DNA of 64,000 nucleotides from Malacoraja senta (lineage: Eukaryota): contig CM075989.1 of NCBI GenBank assembly GCA_038087875.1, forward strand, positions 22,632,001 through 22,696,000, read 5' to 3'. Under the pieces are notes generated by a model, which worked only from the letters and a program-made list of their open reading frames with translations, was not told the DNA's origin and made no database searches. Within the stretch, counting starts at the first letter, position 1, and the number at the start of each line of letters is the position of its first letter. A program made the translations under genes and the position numbers. Below are positions 36,627-49,277 of this stretch, one piece after another.

Positions 36627-36748
36627 ATTTAGTGCAAACATATAGTATTGAAGTCCAATTAAAGATAATTCAAAGATCTCCAATGAGGTAGAGGGGAGGT
36701 GGAGTAACTCAGCGGGACAGGCAGCATCTCTGGAAAGAAGGAATGGGT

Positions 36749-36776
36749 GACGTTTCGGGTCGAGACCCTTCTTCAG
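36749..36776 (-). ncRNA. minimal hammerhead ribozyme motif within PLE insertion 36701-36781
   Basis: CTGAAGA-A-GGGTC-TC-GACCC-GAAAC-GTC; insertion flanked by AGAGGGGAGGT/AGATGGGAGGT. Confidence 0.7.
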
Positions 36777-38184
36777 GCCCAAGATGGGAGGTCAGGACTG
36801 CACTCCAGCTGATGAGAGGATGGTTCAGTTGCCTGATAACAGCTGGGATGGAACCGTTCTGGAATCTGTAAGTTGTTGGTGGCATGGATTCCTTGGAACA
36901 TGAAGCTGTAGACCATCTCTAGAGGAAGGTGCCTTGTATTCCCCCCTCCCCCCATGTTTCCTTAGGACAACAATCTCTTTTCTCTTGCTGACATTAAGGG
37001 GCAAGATGTTGACCCGACATCACGGCACAATTTCCTCCATTTCTCCTCCGCACATTGTCGTTGATCCAGCTAACAACAGTGATATCATCGGCAAACTTAA
37101 AGATCGAGTACAGAAGTGAAAGATGCAATCAAATTTAGTGATAGAGTTTTCAGATTCAATTCCTTTAAGTAGTGCACAATAACATTGCAATATTTTTTTT
37201 AAACGGACACTATTTCTTTCTCAAGGACAAAGATTACAAAGCAATATAAACAGATTAAGAGGAGATAAGGTGATCTATCCATTGGAATATAATGTGGAGA
37301 CACCAGAAATTGTCCACTTTGACAGGAAATAGAGAAACATAACTAAATGACCAGAGATCAGAAAATAAATAAACAACAAACTGATGGAATAACTCAACAT
37401 AGTAAGCAGCCTCTGTGAAGGCAAAGCAAGGTCCATGTTTTGGAGTCGAGCACCTGTATCAAGCCCGAAGGTGTATAGAGAAGTGAGAGAGAGGGAGGGA
37501 GGGGTGGGACAGAGACCAGTGGTCCAATGGTCCTTTATTGTCGGGTGTTCTGAGGTAGAGTGAGGGATTTGATTCACCATACAGTCACACCAAAAAAGCA
37601 ACAAGATACAAAACTAAATTAAATTTTAAATATAAACAGCCACCACAGTGCCGTGTGAGAATTTATGGGGAGAACAGACAAACACCGTACAGATAGCACC
37701 CATAGTCAGAATCGAACCTGGGTCTCTGGTGCTGTGAGGCAGCAACTCTACCACTGTGTCATCGTGAATTTCTTAATTTCCTCACATTGCAACAACTTTT
37801 CTTGCATCATTATTACCCCAGACAGAGGGAACAATTGACAGTTTCCAGGTGTTTTTGAAACGTTTCCTGTGTTTATCCACCCAGGTGTATTTGTAGAGAA
37901 AATCTGATGGAAGAGTCCAGAATCTGCTTGCCCATTTAGGATATACAATGGGATGAATTAGTTTAGTTTTGGAAACAAGCCCTTCGGCCCATCTGGTCCG
38001 CACCGATTTCTTATTTTCTCCCCTCGCTCAGATGGTTGCGAGTCCTTAGAATTTCCTTTCCCAAATGACAATGGAAGCAAAGAATATGTTTTCCAAGGCA
38101 GAGTTAGATTGGTATTTGATAAACGTGGAGTTTCAACATTATTACGGGTTGGTGGATATGCAGATTTGAGCCTACAATCATATC

Positions 38185-38680
38185 CGCTTTAGACTTTCGA
38201 GATACAGCGAGGAAACAGGCCCTTCGGCCCAACCGAGGCAACGGTGACCAGTGAGCACACCATACACTAACACTATCCTACTCACACTGGGAACAATTTT
38301 ACAACTTACCGAAGCCAATTAACTTAGGTCGTGAAAGTAGGACAGGCCCTTAATTCATGACCTCTGTCGTCACGAGGTCGTAGGAGGTCGTAGGTAGGCC
38401 GTGATGCTAGTCGTAGGTACTCATGGCATCAAGTAGGTCGGGGCGTTTTTTCAACATGATGAAAAATGTCCACGAGTAAAAAAGGTCGTGAATTAGGTCG
38501 TGAAAGTGGGACAGGCCCTTTGCTGACCTATACGTCTTTGGAATCTGGGAGGAAACCAAATCCGCTCATGGGGAGAACGTACAAACTCCGTACAGACAGC
38601 ACCCAGAGTAATGATCGAACCCCGGTCTCGGGCTCTGTGAGGGAGCAACTCTATCGCTGCACCACCGTACCGCCCCGGCT
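38185..38680 (-). mobile_element. HE1-type V-SINE interrupted by a MITE
   Basis: consensus match on either side of 38324-38519. Confidence 0.75.
38324..38519. mobile_element. Harbinger-type MITE with flipped left TIR
   Basis: related to 16614-16860; both ends read TTAGGTCGTGAAAGTRGGACAGGCCCT. Confidence 0.75.
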
Positions 38681-38698
38681 ATGATCTTGTTGATCTGG

Positions 38699-38998
38699 AG
38701 GCGACATGGTGACGCAGCGGTAGATTTGCTGCCTTACAGCGTCAAAGACCCGGGCTCAATCCGGACCACGGCTGTTGTCAGTACGGAGTTTGTACCTTCT
38801 CCCTGTGACCTGCGTGGGTTTTCTCCAGTTGCCCCAAAGACCTACAGATCTGCAGGTTAATTGGCTTTGACAAAAAATTATAAACTGTCCCTAGTGTGTA
38901 GGATAGTGATAGTGTACGGAGGTGACCGCTGTGGACTTGGGGGGGGGGTGGGGGGGCGAGGGTCCTGTTTCCACGCTGTATTTCTAAAGTAAAACTAA
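38699..38998 (+). mobile_element. HE1-type V-SINE
   Basis: consensus match. Confidence 0.8.
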
Positions 38999-40094
38999 AA
39001 ATATGAGAGAAGAGGAGTGAAATGCATTTTTGCAATAGAAACTGTAGCTTGGAGACCAAGGGTAAAACATTCTGCGAATAGTTATTGCAACTGAACATTT
39101 GCTGATAGGACTGAACCAACAATGAAACAATTAATTTTTATGGGCCCAGTAAAATCAAAGAACAAAAACATAAATATAATAATCGACACTGCAATGAAAT
39201 AATCACTTGGCACAAAGTGCAAAACAAAGTCTGTCATTAAAACTTCCTTCATAACTGATGGGAGGTTTGGAACTCCACGATTTGAAGATGTATCTGAAGA
39301 AGGATCTCGAAACCGAAACATCACCCATTCCTTCCCTCCAGAGATGCTGCCTGTCCCGCTGAGTTACTCCAGCGTTTCGTGGAGTAACCCACCCCATGGA
39401 TTGGGGTGGGTTCAATACTTGAACTGCAAGCAACTTATCCTTAACATTCACCATTTCACACAGGTCGAGCCTCAGCCGACAATATTAATTTAGCTTGTTA
39501 TTGTCACGTGTATCCAGCCAGCGAAAAGACAAAAACATGATTACAATCGAGCTGTCCACAGCGTACAGATACAGGATAAAAGGAAGAACATTTTAGTGCA
39601 AGATAAAGTCCAATGTAGAGCCATTGATGCAAAGTATTATTGCAGTCAAGCAAAATGGGTGCAAGTTTATAAGTTGGTTGTGGTATTGACAACAGCCAAA
39701 GAAATAAAGACAAAAAGATCAAAATCCAAAGCTCCAAAGCAAAAAGAACTCAAGAAAGAGAGCAAAGGATCCATTAACTTCCAATTGTAACCAGCACTTG
39801 GTTTATTGGACTGAGAATGCGAGTTATAAGAATCCAATTTGGGCAAACTTCAAATAACATTGGAAGAAATCATCCTGTGATCAAACAGAGCACTTCCTTG
39901 TCCTTTTGGAGGGGGGAGGGGGGGGGTGGGTAAATCAACCCATAGAATAGATTCAGGCTCAACAAGCAGCTTTGATATCATCCATTCAATTAGTGCAGCT
40001 GTCCGATTGCCTGCAGTCTTGTTGCTGTGACTGAGGATGATGCACCCCACACTGCCAGAGCACACACCGACCGACCGCAGCTTTCAAATGTTCC

Positions 40095-40345
40095 TTTAGA
40101 CTTTAGAGATACAACGTGGAAACAGGCCCTTCGACCCACCAAGTTCCTGCCACCAGCAATCACCTCAAACACTAACCCACATACACGATGAACAATTTTA
40201 CAACTTACCGAAGCCAATTAACCTACAAGCCTGTACATGTTTGGGATGTGAGAGGAAACCAGAGCACCCATAGAAAACCCACGTGGTCATTGGGAGAACG
40301 TATAAAACTCAGTACATTCAGCACCCGAGGTCAGGATCAAACCCG
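40095..40345 (-). mobile_element. HE1-type V-SINE, 5'-truncated
   Basis: consensus match. Confidence 0.75.
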
Positions 40346-40520
40346 AGAGGGTCTTGTTTAGAACGGGCATCAAAGGTTTCAGGGAGAAGGCAGGAGAATG
40401 GGGTTGAGAAGGAAAAATAGATCAGTCATGATCGAATGGCAGAACAAAATCCATGGCATCAATGCCCTAATTCTGCTCTTATGTCTTATGATGAAAAGAT
40501 ACTCTGATGCATCAAGTTGC

Positions 40521-41240
40521 GGCAGCACAGTGGTACCGCGGTAGAGTTGCTGCCTTACAGAAGTCAGACCCAGGTTCGATCCTGACTACGGGTGCTGTCT
40601 CTATGGAATTTGTACATTCTCCCTGTGACCGCATGGGTTTTCTCCAGGTGCCCCGGTTTCTCCCCAATCTAAAAAGACATACAGGTTTAGAATAGAATAG
40701 AATGCTATTTATTGTCATTCAAACCTAGGCTTGAATGAAATATCATTACTACAGTTTTTTACATTACTAAAAAACCCAAGCCCCACACTTAACACATTTA
40801 CATAAACATCCATCACAGTGAGTCTCCAACACCTCCTCACTGTGATGGAAGGCAAAGTCTTATCTCTTCCCTTTATTCTTCACCCGTGGTCCAGCAGTCC
40901 AACTGCAGCGTCTAGGCGAACTGGGGCTCCGGTGTTAAAGCCCCCGGCGGACGATGGTAAGTCCTGTGGCCATTTAGCCACGCCGGGCGATGCCAGGCCC
41001 CGGCTCCGTGTCCTTCAAACCCCGCAGTTCAAGCAGTCCAACCCGCAGTCCAACTGCAGCGTCTAGGCGAACTGGGGTTCCGATGTTAGAGCCCCCGGCA
41101 GACGATGGTAAGTTTGTAAGTTAATTGGCTTCTGTACATTGTAAATTGTGTCAAGTGTGTAGGATAGTGCTGGTGTATGGGGTGATAGCTGGTTGGCATG
41201 GACCCAGTGGGCCGAATGGCCTGTTTCCATGCAATATTTC
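40521..41240 (+). mobile_element. HE1-type V-SINE with nested minus-strand element 40688-41113
   Basis: SINE split at ACAGGTTT|GTAAGTTAATTGGC; insert has a (TTCTA)n tail and an internal ~70-bp repeat. Confidence 0.75.
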
Positions 41241-41486
41241 AGCAGTTAGCTAAAGGGAATTAAAGGCAAGGAGCAAATAGGAAGAACTCCATTGGAAAGG
41301 AGGTCGCATCCCTTTACACCAACCATTATGCTGCTCTTCCATTTCCACGCTGTAATTCAGAAACAGTAATTACTCATTCCATTGAATTGTTGATGCTGTC
41401 TTAAAAGGCTAGTGTTAACCAACTTTTTTTATTCTGTTGAGCAGGATAGAAAGCTACTTATCAGATGGTTTTGTGGTGCTATTTAT

Positions 41487-41522
41487 GGGTCAGGGTCAGG
41501 GTCAGGGTCAGGGTCAGGGTCA
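41487..41522. repeat. (GGGTCA)6 hexamer array
   Basis: direct read. Confidence 0.95.
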
Positions 41523-42166
41523 GAGCATACATTTAAAAAAAAAAAAATTTTTGAAATGAAAACAATTTCCAATGGTTCCATTCACCAATGTTGTTGCTAT
41601 GAATGCACTGTACAATGAAATAACAGAAAAGTACATATTTGTATACATAAATGCAAACATTCTTTGCGATACTATGGATGAATAAGGAATTAAAGTTGTC
41701 CAGAAAATGTTTTTATGGCTGTGCCACAATTCCTATTTGAAATAATTCAATATATATGTGGAAAGTCAAGTGTTCAGAAATATACAGTAATTGAAATATT
41801 TCCTGAGGGACACGGAGGAAATAAGTTGTGCCTCAGGACTTGGTGTCTCGTAAATAAGCTCCACAGAAACACGGATAATTTCAACACATAATAAATTGGA
41901 ACCAATGTCCAAGGACGGCTCTTGAAGGCAAATCCAAACATTAGACCCGTTACCAATGTCGCAACCAGATTAAACAAAACCAAAGTGTACAACACAATCT
42001 ACCTCTCCACTGAATGCCATAATTGCCCCTTAATACAGCTGGCTTAAGAGAAGTTAACCTTCAACATTTTACTTACCTTGTCCGTACTTTGCCTCTACAC
42101 GCACTCTTCGCCAAAGTCCTGGTGTTCATCAAAGTCCACACTTCGACCCCCAGGCATCACTTTCAC

Positions 42167-42259
42167 CTCAAGGCATCCCCTCTCAAAATGGCTGCCTCAC
42201 CAAAGCATCCTCACTCAAAATGGCAGCTCTGGCAAAGCAGACCCTCTTAAAATGGTTGC
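42167..42259. promoter_or_regulatory. three ~32-bp diverged repeats each with a YY1-like AAAATGG motif
   Basis: CAAAATGGCTGC, CAAAATGGCAGC, TAAAATGGTTGC. Confidence 0.35.
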
Positions 42260-42284
42260 TCCACTAATGCCCGACTCCCTTTCA

Positions 42285-42787
42285 CAGCTTGTCTTGGGAG
42301 CAGCTCCATCCTGGACCGTAAGAAATTGCAGCAAGATGTGGACAAAGCCCAGGCCACCACACAAACCAACTTCCCTTCTATTGATTCCATTTATACCACA
42401 TGCTGCCTCGGCAAGGCCAGCAGCATAATCAAGGATGTCACACCCTGGCCACTCCCTCTTCTCCCCTCTGGCAAAAGGTATTGAAGTGTGAAAATGCACA
42501 CCACCAGATTCAGGGACAGTTTTTCCCAGCTGTTATCAGGCAACTGAACCATCCTATCACAACCAGAGAGCAGTGCTGAACTACTATCTACCTCTTTGAT
42601 GTCCCTTAGACTATCCTTGTCCAGACTTTGCTGGCTTTATCTTGCACTAAATGTTATTCCCTTATCATGTATCTATACACTGTAAATGGATTGAATGTAA
42701 TCATGTATTGTCTTTCTGCTGACTGGTTAGCACGCAACAAAGGTTTTTCACTGTCCCACAGTACACGTGACATAACACTAAACTAAA
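42285..42787 (+). mobile_element. Rex1/Babar 3' fragment
   Basis: homologous to 9745-10180, with full 3' UTR and CTAAA tail. Confidence 0.85.
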
Positions 42788-43414
42788 ATTCCCTTGGTCA
42801 TTTTCAGTGGTGCCTGAAACCAACATCCATACCTGCTGATAGACCTTTAACATGCTCTGGCACCTCCTCTCTGCTGCAAAGAATGATGGGCCCTGAAAAG
42901 TTAATTAGAGCTGATTTGAAATAATTAATTTCACAAAAAAGGTCTAGTTATAATGTCATGGTGTTCGTCAGTCCCACTTATAAAGATTATTTTTTAACTT
43001 CAGCAAACAAAAAAAAAGAAATAGTAAATGTCACAGCCTTTTCACCTCATTTGAATAAAAGGGAAGATTACATTGTGGGAAAAGACTTCTTGGTTAATTG
43101 ATCCTTCATAGTATTTATCATCTTTATTACTAGTTAGACTGCAGAGACTCCATCATAAGCAATGTCATCCCCACCAGTAAAGCATCAACACAAGGCACTG
43201 CCTCAAGAAAGCAACATCTATCATCAAAGATCCTTGTACATCCTGGCCATGCTCTCTTCTTGCCTCCACCATGGGACAGGTGGTACAGAAGCTTGATATC
43301 CCACACCACCCAGGTTAGGAACATTTACTTTCCTAGGAACATCAGGTTCCTAAACCCACAAATCCAGGACCTTCTGGACCCTCTCCAAAGCCTCCACATG
43401 CTCCCTCTAATGGC

Positions 43415-44154
43415 AACATAGAAAATAGGTGCAGGAGGAGGCCATTCGGCCCTTCGAGCCAGCACCGCCATTCATTGTGATCATGGCTGATCGTCCCCAA
43501 TCAATAACCCGTGCCTGCCTTCGCCCCATATTCCTTGATTCCACTAGCCCCTAGAGCTCTATCTAACTCTCTCTTAAATCCATCCAGTGATTTGGCCTCC
43601 ACTGTCCTCTGTGGCAGGGAATTCCACAAATTCACAACTCTCAGGGTGGAAACGTTTTTCTCACCTCAGTCTTAAATGGCATCCCCTTTATTCTAAGACT
43701 GTGGCCCTTGGTTCTGGACTCACCCAACACTGGGAACATTTTTCCTACATCTACCTTGTCCAGTCCTTTTATAATTTTATATGTTTCTATAAGAATCCCT
43801 CTCATCCTTCTAAACTCCAGTGAATACAAGCCTACACTTTTCAATCTTTCCTCATATGACAGTCCCGCCATCCCAGGGATCAATCTCGTGAACCTACGAT
43901 GCACTGCCTCAATCACAAGGATGTCTTTCCTCAAATTAGGAGACCAAAACTGTACACAATACTCCAGATGTGGTCTTACCAGAGCCCTATACAACTGCAG
44001 AAGAACCTCTTTACTCCTATTCTGAAATCCTCTTGTTATGAAGGCCAACATTCCATTAGCTTTCTTCACTGCCTGCTGTACCTGCACGCCAACTTTCAGT
44101 GACCGGTGTACAAGGACACCAAGGTCTCGCTGTACCTCCCCCTTAGCTAACCTA
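43415..44154 (-). mobile_element. CR1 3' fragment nested in an older CR1 remnant
   Basis: VQRDLGVLVH..LVRPHLEYCVQFWSP. Confidence 0.95.
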
Positions 44155-45659
44155 ACCACTAATGGAACAACCAGAACTGCGCACAATACTCCGAAGTCCT
44201 ATAAAGCGACAACATCATTTCCTGACTCTTGTACACAATGTCCCAATCGATGAAGGCCAGATGCCTTCATTGCCATTCTATCTACGTGTGTTGCCACTAT
44301 TAGGGAGCTAAGCACTTGGATTCCAACTCCCTCTGTACATCAATGAACAATCGTGAACCAGAGTCAAAGTGTTGGGAGGCTGGCTGGCAGATTCCCACTC
44401 ATCTCTCTGCACCTCCCATTCCAGAAGAAACAAGTTCCCAACTCCAAGAATTCTTTTTTAAATGGGGGTGAAACTTCTGCTATTTCTGACCCTTTCTTTT
44501 AGTCAGAGGGTGGTGAATCTGTGGAATTCTTTGCCAAGGAAGGCTGTGGAGGCCAAGTCAGTGGATATTTTTTAGGCGGAGATTCTTGATTAGTACAGGT
44601 GTCAGGAGTTACGGGGAGAAGGCAGGAGAATTGGGTTGAGAGGGAGAGATAGATCAGCCATGATTGAATGGCAGAATAGCCGATGGGCCGAATGGCCTAA
44701 GGATGCTTCTATACCTTATGAACATGCTGCTAACAGGCAACCGAATCATCCTACCACAAGCAGAGATGTATCTACCTCATTGGTGACCCATAGACTATCC
44801 TTAATCGGACTTTGGTGGCTTTACCTTGCACTAAAAGTTATTCCATTATCATGTATCTGTACACTGTAAATGGCTCGATTGTAATCATGTATTGTCTTTC
44901 TGCTGGCTGGTTAGCACGCAACACAAAGCTTGTCACTGTACCTCGGTACACGTGGCAATAAACTGAACTGAAACTGACCCACAGGCAGACTTGGGTATCT
45001 GCAAATCTTCTCTCCACAAATTTGCTTTTGTCTCCGACAATTGGTAAACCCAATCAGCCAAAAAATGGATGAATGTGTCGTCCTTCCGTACAGACAGCCA
45101 CCCATCGTCAGGTTCGAACCTGGCAGCATATAATACGTATGGGCATTTATTTATTACAGAGAGCGGTGGGTGCCTGGAACATGCTGTCAGGGGTGGTGGT
45201 GGAATTTAAGTCGTGGCGTTTAAGAGGCTTTTAGATAGCCACGTGGATATGCGGAGAAAGGAGAGATATGGACCACATGCAGGCAGAGAAGATTAGTTTA
45301 ATAGACAATAGACCATAGGTGCAGGAGTAGGCCATTCGGCCACAAGCCAGCACCGCCATTCAATGTGATCATGGCTGATCATCCCCAATCAGTATCCCGT
45401 TCCTGCCTTCTCCCCATATCCCCTGACTCCGCTATCTTTAAGAGCCCTATCCAGCTCTCTCTTGAAAGTATCCAGAGAATCGGCCTCCACCGCCCTCTGT
45501 GGCAGAGAATTCCACAGACTCACAGCTCTCTGTGTGAAAAAGTGTTTCCTCATCTCCGTTCTAAATGGCTTACCCCTTATTCTTAAACCGTAGCCACTGG
45601 TTCTGGACTCTCCCAACATCGGGAACATGTTGCCTGCCTCTAGCGTGTCCAAACCTTTA

Positions 45660-46392
45660 AGTGGGCCTGTCCCACTTATGCAACTTTTTCGGCGACTGCC
45701 GGCACCCGTCATAGGTCGCCGAAAATGTTCAACATGTTGAACATTCAGCGGCAACCAGAAAGACGCTACGACTCTTTGGGTGACAAGGAGACCTCTCACG
45801 ACCATACAGGCAACACCCTGGCAACATGTCGCGGGGTGAAGCCTGTATGGTCGTGAGTAGTCGCCCAAAGAGTCGAACCTTGTTCTGTTGAAAATTTTCG
45901 GTGACCTGTAACGACCTATAGATACATAGATACATAGAAAATAGGTGCAGGAGTAGGCCATTCGGCCCTTCGAGCCTGCACCGCCATTCAATATGATCAT
46001 GGCTGATCATCCAACTCAGTATCCCGTACCTGCCTTCTCTCCATACCCCCTGATCCCCTTAGCCACAAGGGCCACATCTAACTCCCTCTTAAATATAGCC
46101 AATGAACTGGCCTCAACTACCCTCTGTGGCAGAGAGTTCCAGAGATTCACCACTCTCTGTGTGAAAATGTTTTTCCTCATCTCGGTCTTAAAGGATTTCC
46201 CCCTTATCCTTAAGCTGTGACCCCTTGTCCTGGACTTCCCCAACATCGGGAACAATCTTCCTGCATCTAGCCTGTCCAACCCCATAAGAATTTTGTACGT
46301 TTCTATAAGATCCCCTCTCAATCTCCTAAATTCTAGCGAGTATGACGGGTGCCGGCAGTCGCCAAAAAAGTCGCGTAAGTGGGACAGACCCT
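45660..46392. mobile_element. Harbinger-type MITE (TTA TSD) interrupted by a CR1
   Basis: TIRs GGGCCTGTCCCACTTA..TAAGTGGGACAGACCCT; same family as 25953-26284. Confidence 0.85.
45917..46340 (-). mobile_element. young CR1 3' fragment nested in the MITE
   Basis: near-identical to 9016-9438; (CTATGTAT)n tail. Confidence 0.9.
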
Positions 46393-46908
46393 TTAATAAT
46401 CTTACATGTTTCAATAAGATGCCCTCTCATCCTTCTAAATTCCAGAGTATACATGCCTCTGGCTTTAACTTAGCATCATGTTCAGCACAGTCATTGTTGA
46501 ATGGCCGAAGGGCCTGTTTGTTTGCTGCACTCTTCTAGCTCCTGCGTTTTTAGATAAAAGTGTAACTGTGTATAATACAGTATAACATATTAAGTTGAAG
46601 AGTGGAAAGAGGCGTTTGAAATACCTAGTTTCAGAATAGCGTGCTTTGTGCAGTTTAGCGACAGACTACAATCCATCAAGCGGCACATCATTTAAGAAAC
46701 TAAACCTGCCCACAATGTCCAAGGTTTTGCCACAAGGACATCTGCAATGGTCTGGATACATCCATGCAAATACTCGATCAAAGACTGAATGGAACTTCAA
46801 AGAACAGTGCAGTGAGATTGGCAGCTAAAACATCCTCAAGGTTTCCCCAGTGATTACAGTGGCCACAAGATTGAGTTTGCTTCAATACATTATGGGAGGT
46901 TTATAGTA

Positions 46909-47506
46909 AGGCGTGGTGGTGCAGCGGTAGAGTTGCTGCCTCACAGCGCCAGAGACCCGGGTTCGATCCTGACTACGGGTGCTGTCGGTACGGAGTTTGT
47001 ACGTTCTCCCCATGACCTGCGTGGGTTTTCTCAGGGAGCTCCGGTTTCCTCCCACACTCCAAAGACGCACAGGTTGGTAGGTTAATTAGCTAAGTAATAG
47101 CCCTGTCCCACTGTACGAGTTCTCCCGAGTTTTGCCCTGATTCTAACTCGGAGATTTACGGTAATGGCCGCTCGTAGGTACTCGGGGCTCTCGTGAACAT
47201 TTTTCAACATGTTGAAAAATATTCACGAGTTTCCCGAGCTTACAGCGTTTCCCGAGTACCTGCCGTTAGCGTTATGAGCCGCTAAGAGATGTCCCCGAGC
47301 TCTGACGTACCCGCTACGTAGATTCTACGTGCTTACCACGAGTTTGATTTAAAAAAAAACTTTTTTCGTACAGTGGGACAGGGCTTTTAAGCTGTAAATT
47401 TTCCCAAGTGTGTGTAGGATAGTGTTAGTGTGTGGAGATCGCTGGTCGATGCAGACTCGATGGGCCGAAGGGCCTTTTACCGTGCTGTATCTCTAAACTA
47501 AACTAA
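46909..47506 (+). mobile_element. HE1-type V-SINE interrupted by a MITE
   Basis: A/B boxes, V domain, tail resumes after 47390. Confidence 0.85.
47098..47386. mobile_element. Harbinger-type MITE
   Basis: 20-bp TIR AGCCCTGTCCCACTGTACGA; TAA-like flanks. Confidence 0.85.
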
Positions 47507-47969
47507 AGGTTTCCATATTACACATTCAACTCAGAACAATCACTGCACTGCAGATATGATGTTTAGTTTGTTTTAGTCTAGGTTAGTTTAGCTGAATAAT
47601 CTGAGTTTAGTTTAGTTTATTGTCACGTGTACCGAGGTACAGTGAAAAGCTTTCGTTGCTTGCTAACCAGCTAGCGGAAAGACAATACATGATTACAATT
47701 GAGCTATCCACAGTGTACAGATACATGATAAAGGCACTAATATACCTGTTTATAATATTTTAAAGGGATTTTGATTAATATATAACTCCCAAGATTTAGG
47801 GGCAGTTTATAAAATAATGAGTATTTAATAGAGACCAGTAAATGTTTAAGTAATTGGAGCAGATATATGGTGCTGTAAATTAATGACTTAAAGAAGAACT
47901 TATGTCAAAGATTTCCACAAGTAAAATATACTGACGGCAATTTGGGTCTGATTTAATATTTTTTGATAG

Positions 47970-48185
47970 ATGGAACGGGGGGGAAAATTGAGATAATATC
48001 TTCAGACTGCAACTTGATTTGTGCTGCTGATGGAGTTACTGAATTAAACTTGCTGGAAAATGACACGTACAGACTAGCTAGCAGAGAACAGGATGAGCCA
48101 AGGTGCAGCAAGAAAGATTCACAAATATCTTTGGATGGAGAGCCTCGTCTCTTGCAAAAGGAAGACAGGTCGGATGTCCTCGAGG
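47970..48185 (+). CDS. candidate 216-bp phase 1-1 coding exon of an unidentified host gene
   Basis: acceptor TATTTTTTGATAG; open frame GTGGKIEIISSDCNLICAADGVTELNLLENDTYRLASREQDEPRCSKKDSQISLDGEPRLLQKEDRSDVLE; donor GTAAGG at 48186. Confidence 0.5.
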
Positions 48186-48232
48186 GTAAGGTCTCGTCTT
48201 GGGAGGAGTTGCAGTGGAGACAGAGAGAGTTA

Positions 48233-48771
48233 AGGGCTGTCCCACTTGGGAATCATTTATGCGACATCCCAAAAATTGGTTGGTGCGTCGTGACGCGCGG
48301 TAACGCACGGCGCCCCAGGATTTTGTGAGGCTCAAAATCCTCGCGCGCCACCTGCGTGACGTATCCCTTGTGTACGCTGACATACTGACGGCGTACGTGT
48401 AGCGCGTGGTGACGCATGGTTACGCACGGTGACGCACGAACATTGCCTATGCTAATTTATTATGCGTCACCGCGCGTCAACGTCCGTAACCATGCGCCGC
48501 CCGTACGCCATTTGCGCGTCATTTGAGCGCCGCACCACGTGACCACCCGGGTATAAAGCGCGTGTTGTTTTGAAAGATTTTCACTGGGAAAATCCTTGCC
48601 GCGGAGATCGGACTCACTACGAACGACATTGCAAATGGCTCCCAAAAGAAGCAGGGCCCTCAAGAGCACTTGGCACGCGACTGTCGTACTGCTAGACGAT
48701 ATTCGCGCGACAGTCATTACCGGCCTGTCGCGTAAATGACGAGCAAATGACGCCTAAGTGGTTCAGGCCCT
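48233..48771. mobile_element. CpG-rich Harbinger-type non-autonomous DNA transposon
   Basis: TIR AGGGCTGTCCCACTT..AAGTGGTTCAGGCCCT; subterminal TCATTTATGCGACA/TGTCGCGTAAATGA; TTA/TAA flanks. Confidence 0.8.
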
Positions 48772-48902
48772 TAAGGGAAAGAGGTGGCATGCTTACAAAG
48801 AGGTAGAGTGGAACTGAAGATGCGGGTTTAAACAGAAGATAGACACAAAAAGCTGGAGTAATTCAGCGGAACAGGCTGCATCTCTGGAGAGAAGGAATAG
48901 GT

Positions 48903-48930
48903 GACGTTTCGGGTCGGGACCCTTCTTCAG
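48903..48930 (-). ncRNA. minimal hammerhead ribozyme motif within PLE element 48810-48933
   Basis: CTGAAGA-A-GGGTC-CC-GACCC-GAAAC-GTC. Confidence 0.7.
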
Positions 48931-48954
48931 ACTTTAGTCTATCTTAACTTTGTC

Positions 48955-49277
48955 AGCGCAGTGGTGCAGCTGGTTGAGTTGCCACCTCACAGTGTCAGAG
49001 ACCCAGGTTCGATCCTGACCTTGGGACCCGTTTACGTGAAGTTTGCATGTTCTCCCCGTGACCGCGTTTGCCTCCTCCGGGCGCTTCGGTTTCCTCCCAC
49101 ATCCCAAAGACGTGCAGATCTGCAGGTCAATTGGCCCCTGTAAATTGTATCAAGTGTGTCGGTAGTGGATGAGAAAGTGGGACAACATAGAACTGGTGTG
49201 GACGGGCGATCATTGGCTGGCATGGACTCGATGGGCCGAAGGGCCTGTTTCCAAGCTGTACCTTTCAATCAATCAAT
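48955..49277 (+). mobile_element. HE1-type V-SINE
   Basis: B box, V domain, (TCAA)n tail. Confidence 0.85.

Larger units (their letters stand above)
45300..46450 (-). mobile_element. CR1 3' fragment interrupted by a MITE
   Basis: host reconstructs as AAACCT-TTA-ATAATC across 45660-46392. Confidence 0.85.

Noticed and set aside
35997..36782. 261-aa chimeric ORF
   Set aside because: Chance read-through across PLE, Rex and L2 fragments with a frameshift out of the L2 frame
41774..41995. Small membrane-protein ORF on the minus strand
   Set aside because: No recognisable homology or splice context; hydrophobicity is expected from a T-rich strand
48233..48771. Bacterial contamination or CpG-island promoter
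   Set aside because: CpG-rich tract is bounded by Harbinger-type TIRs shared with other MITEs in the window
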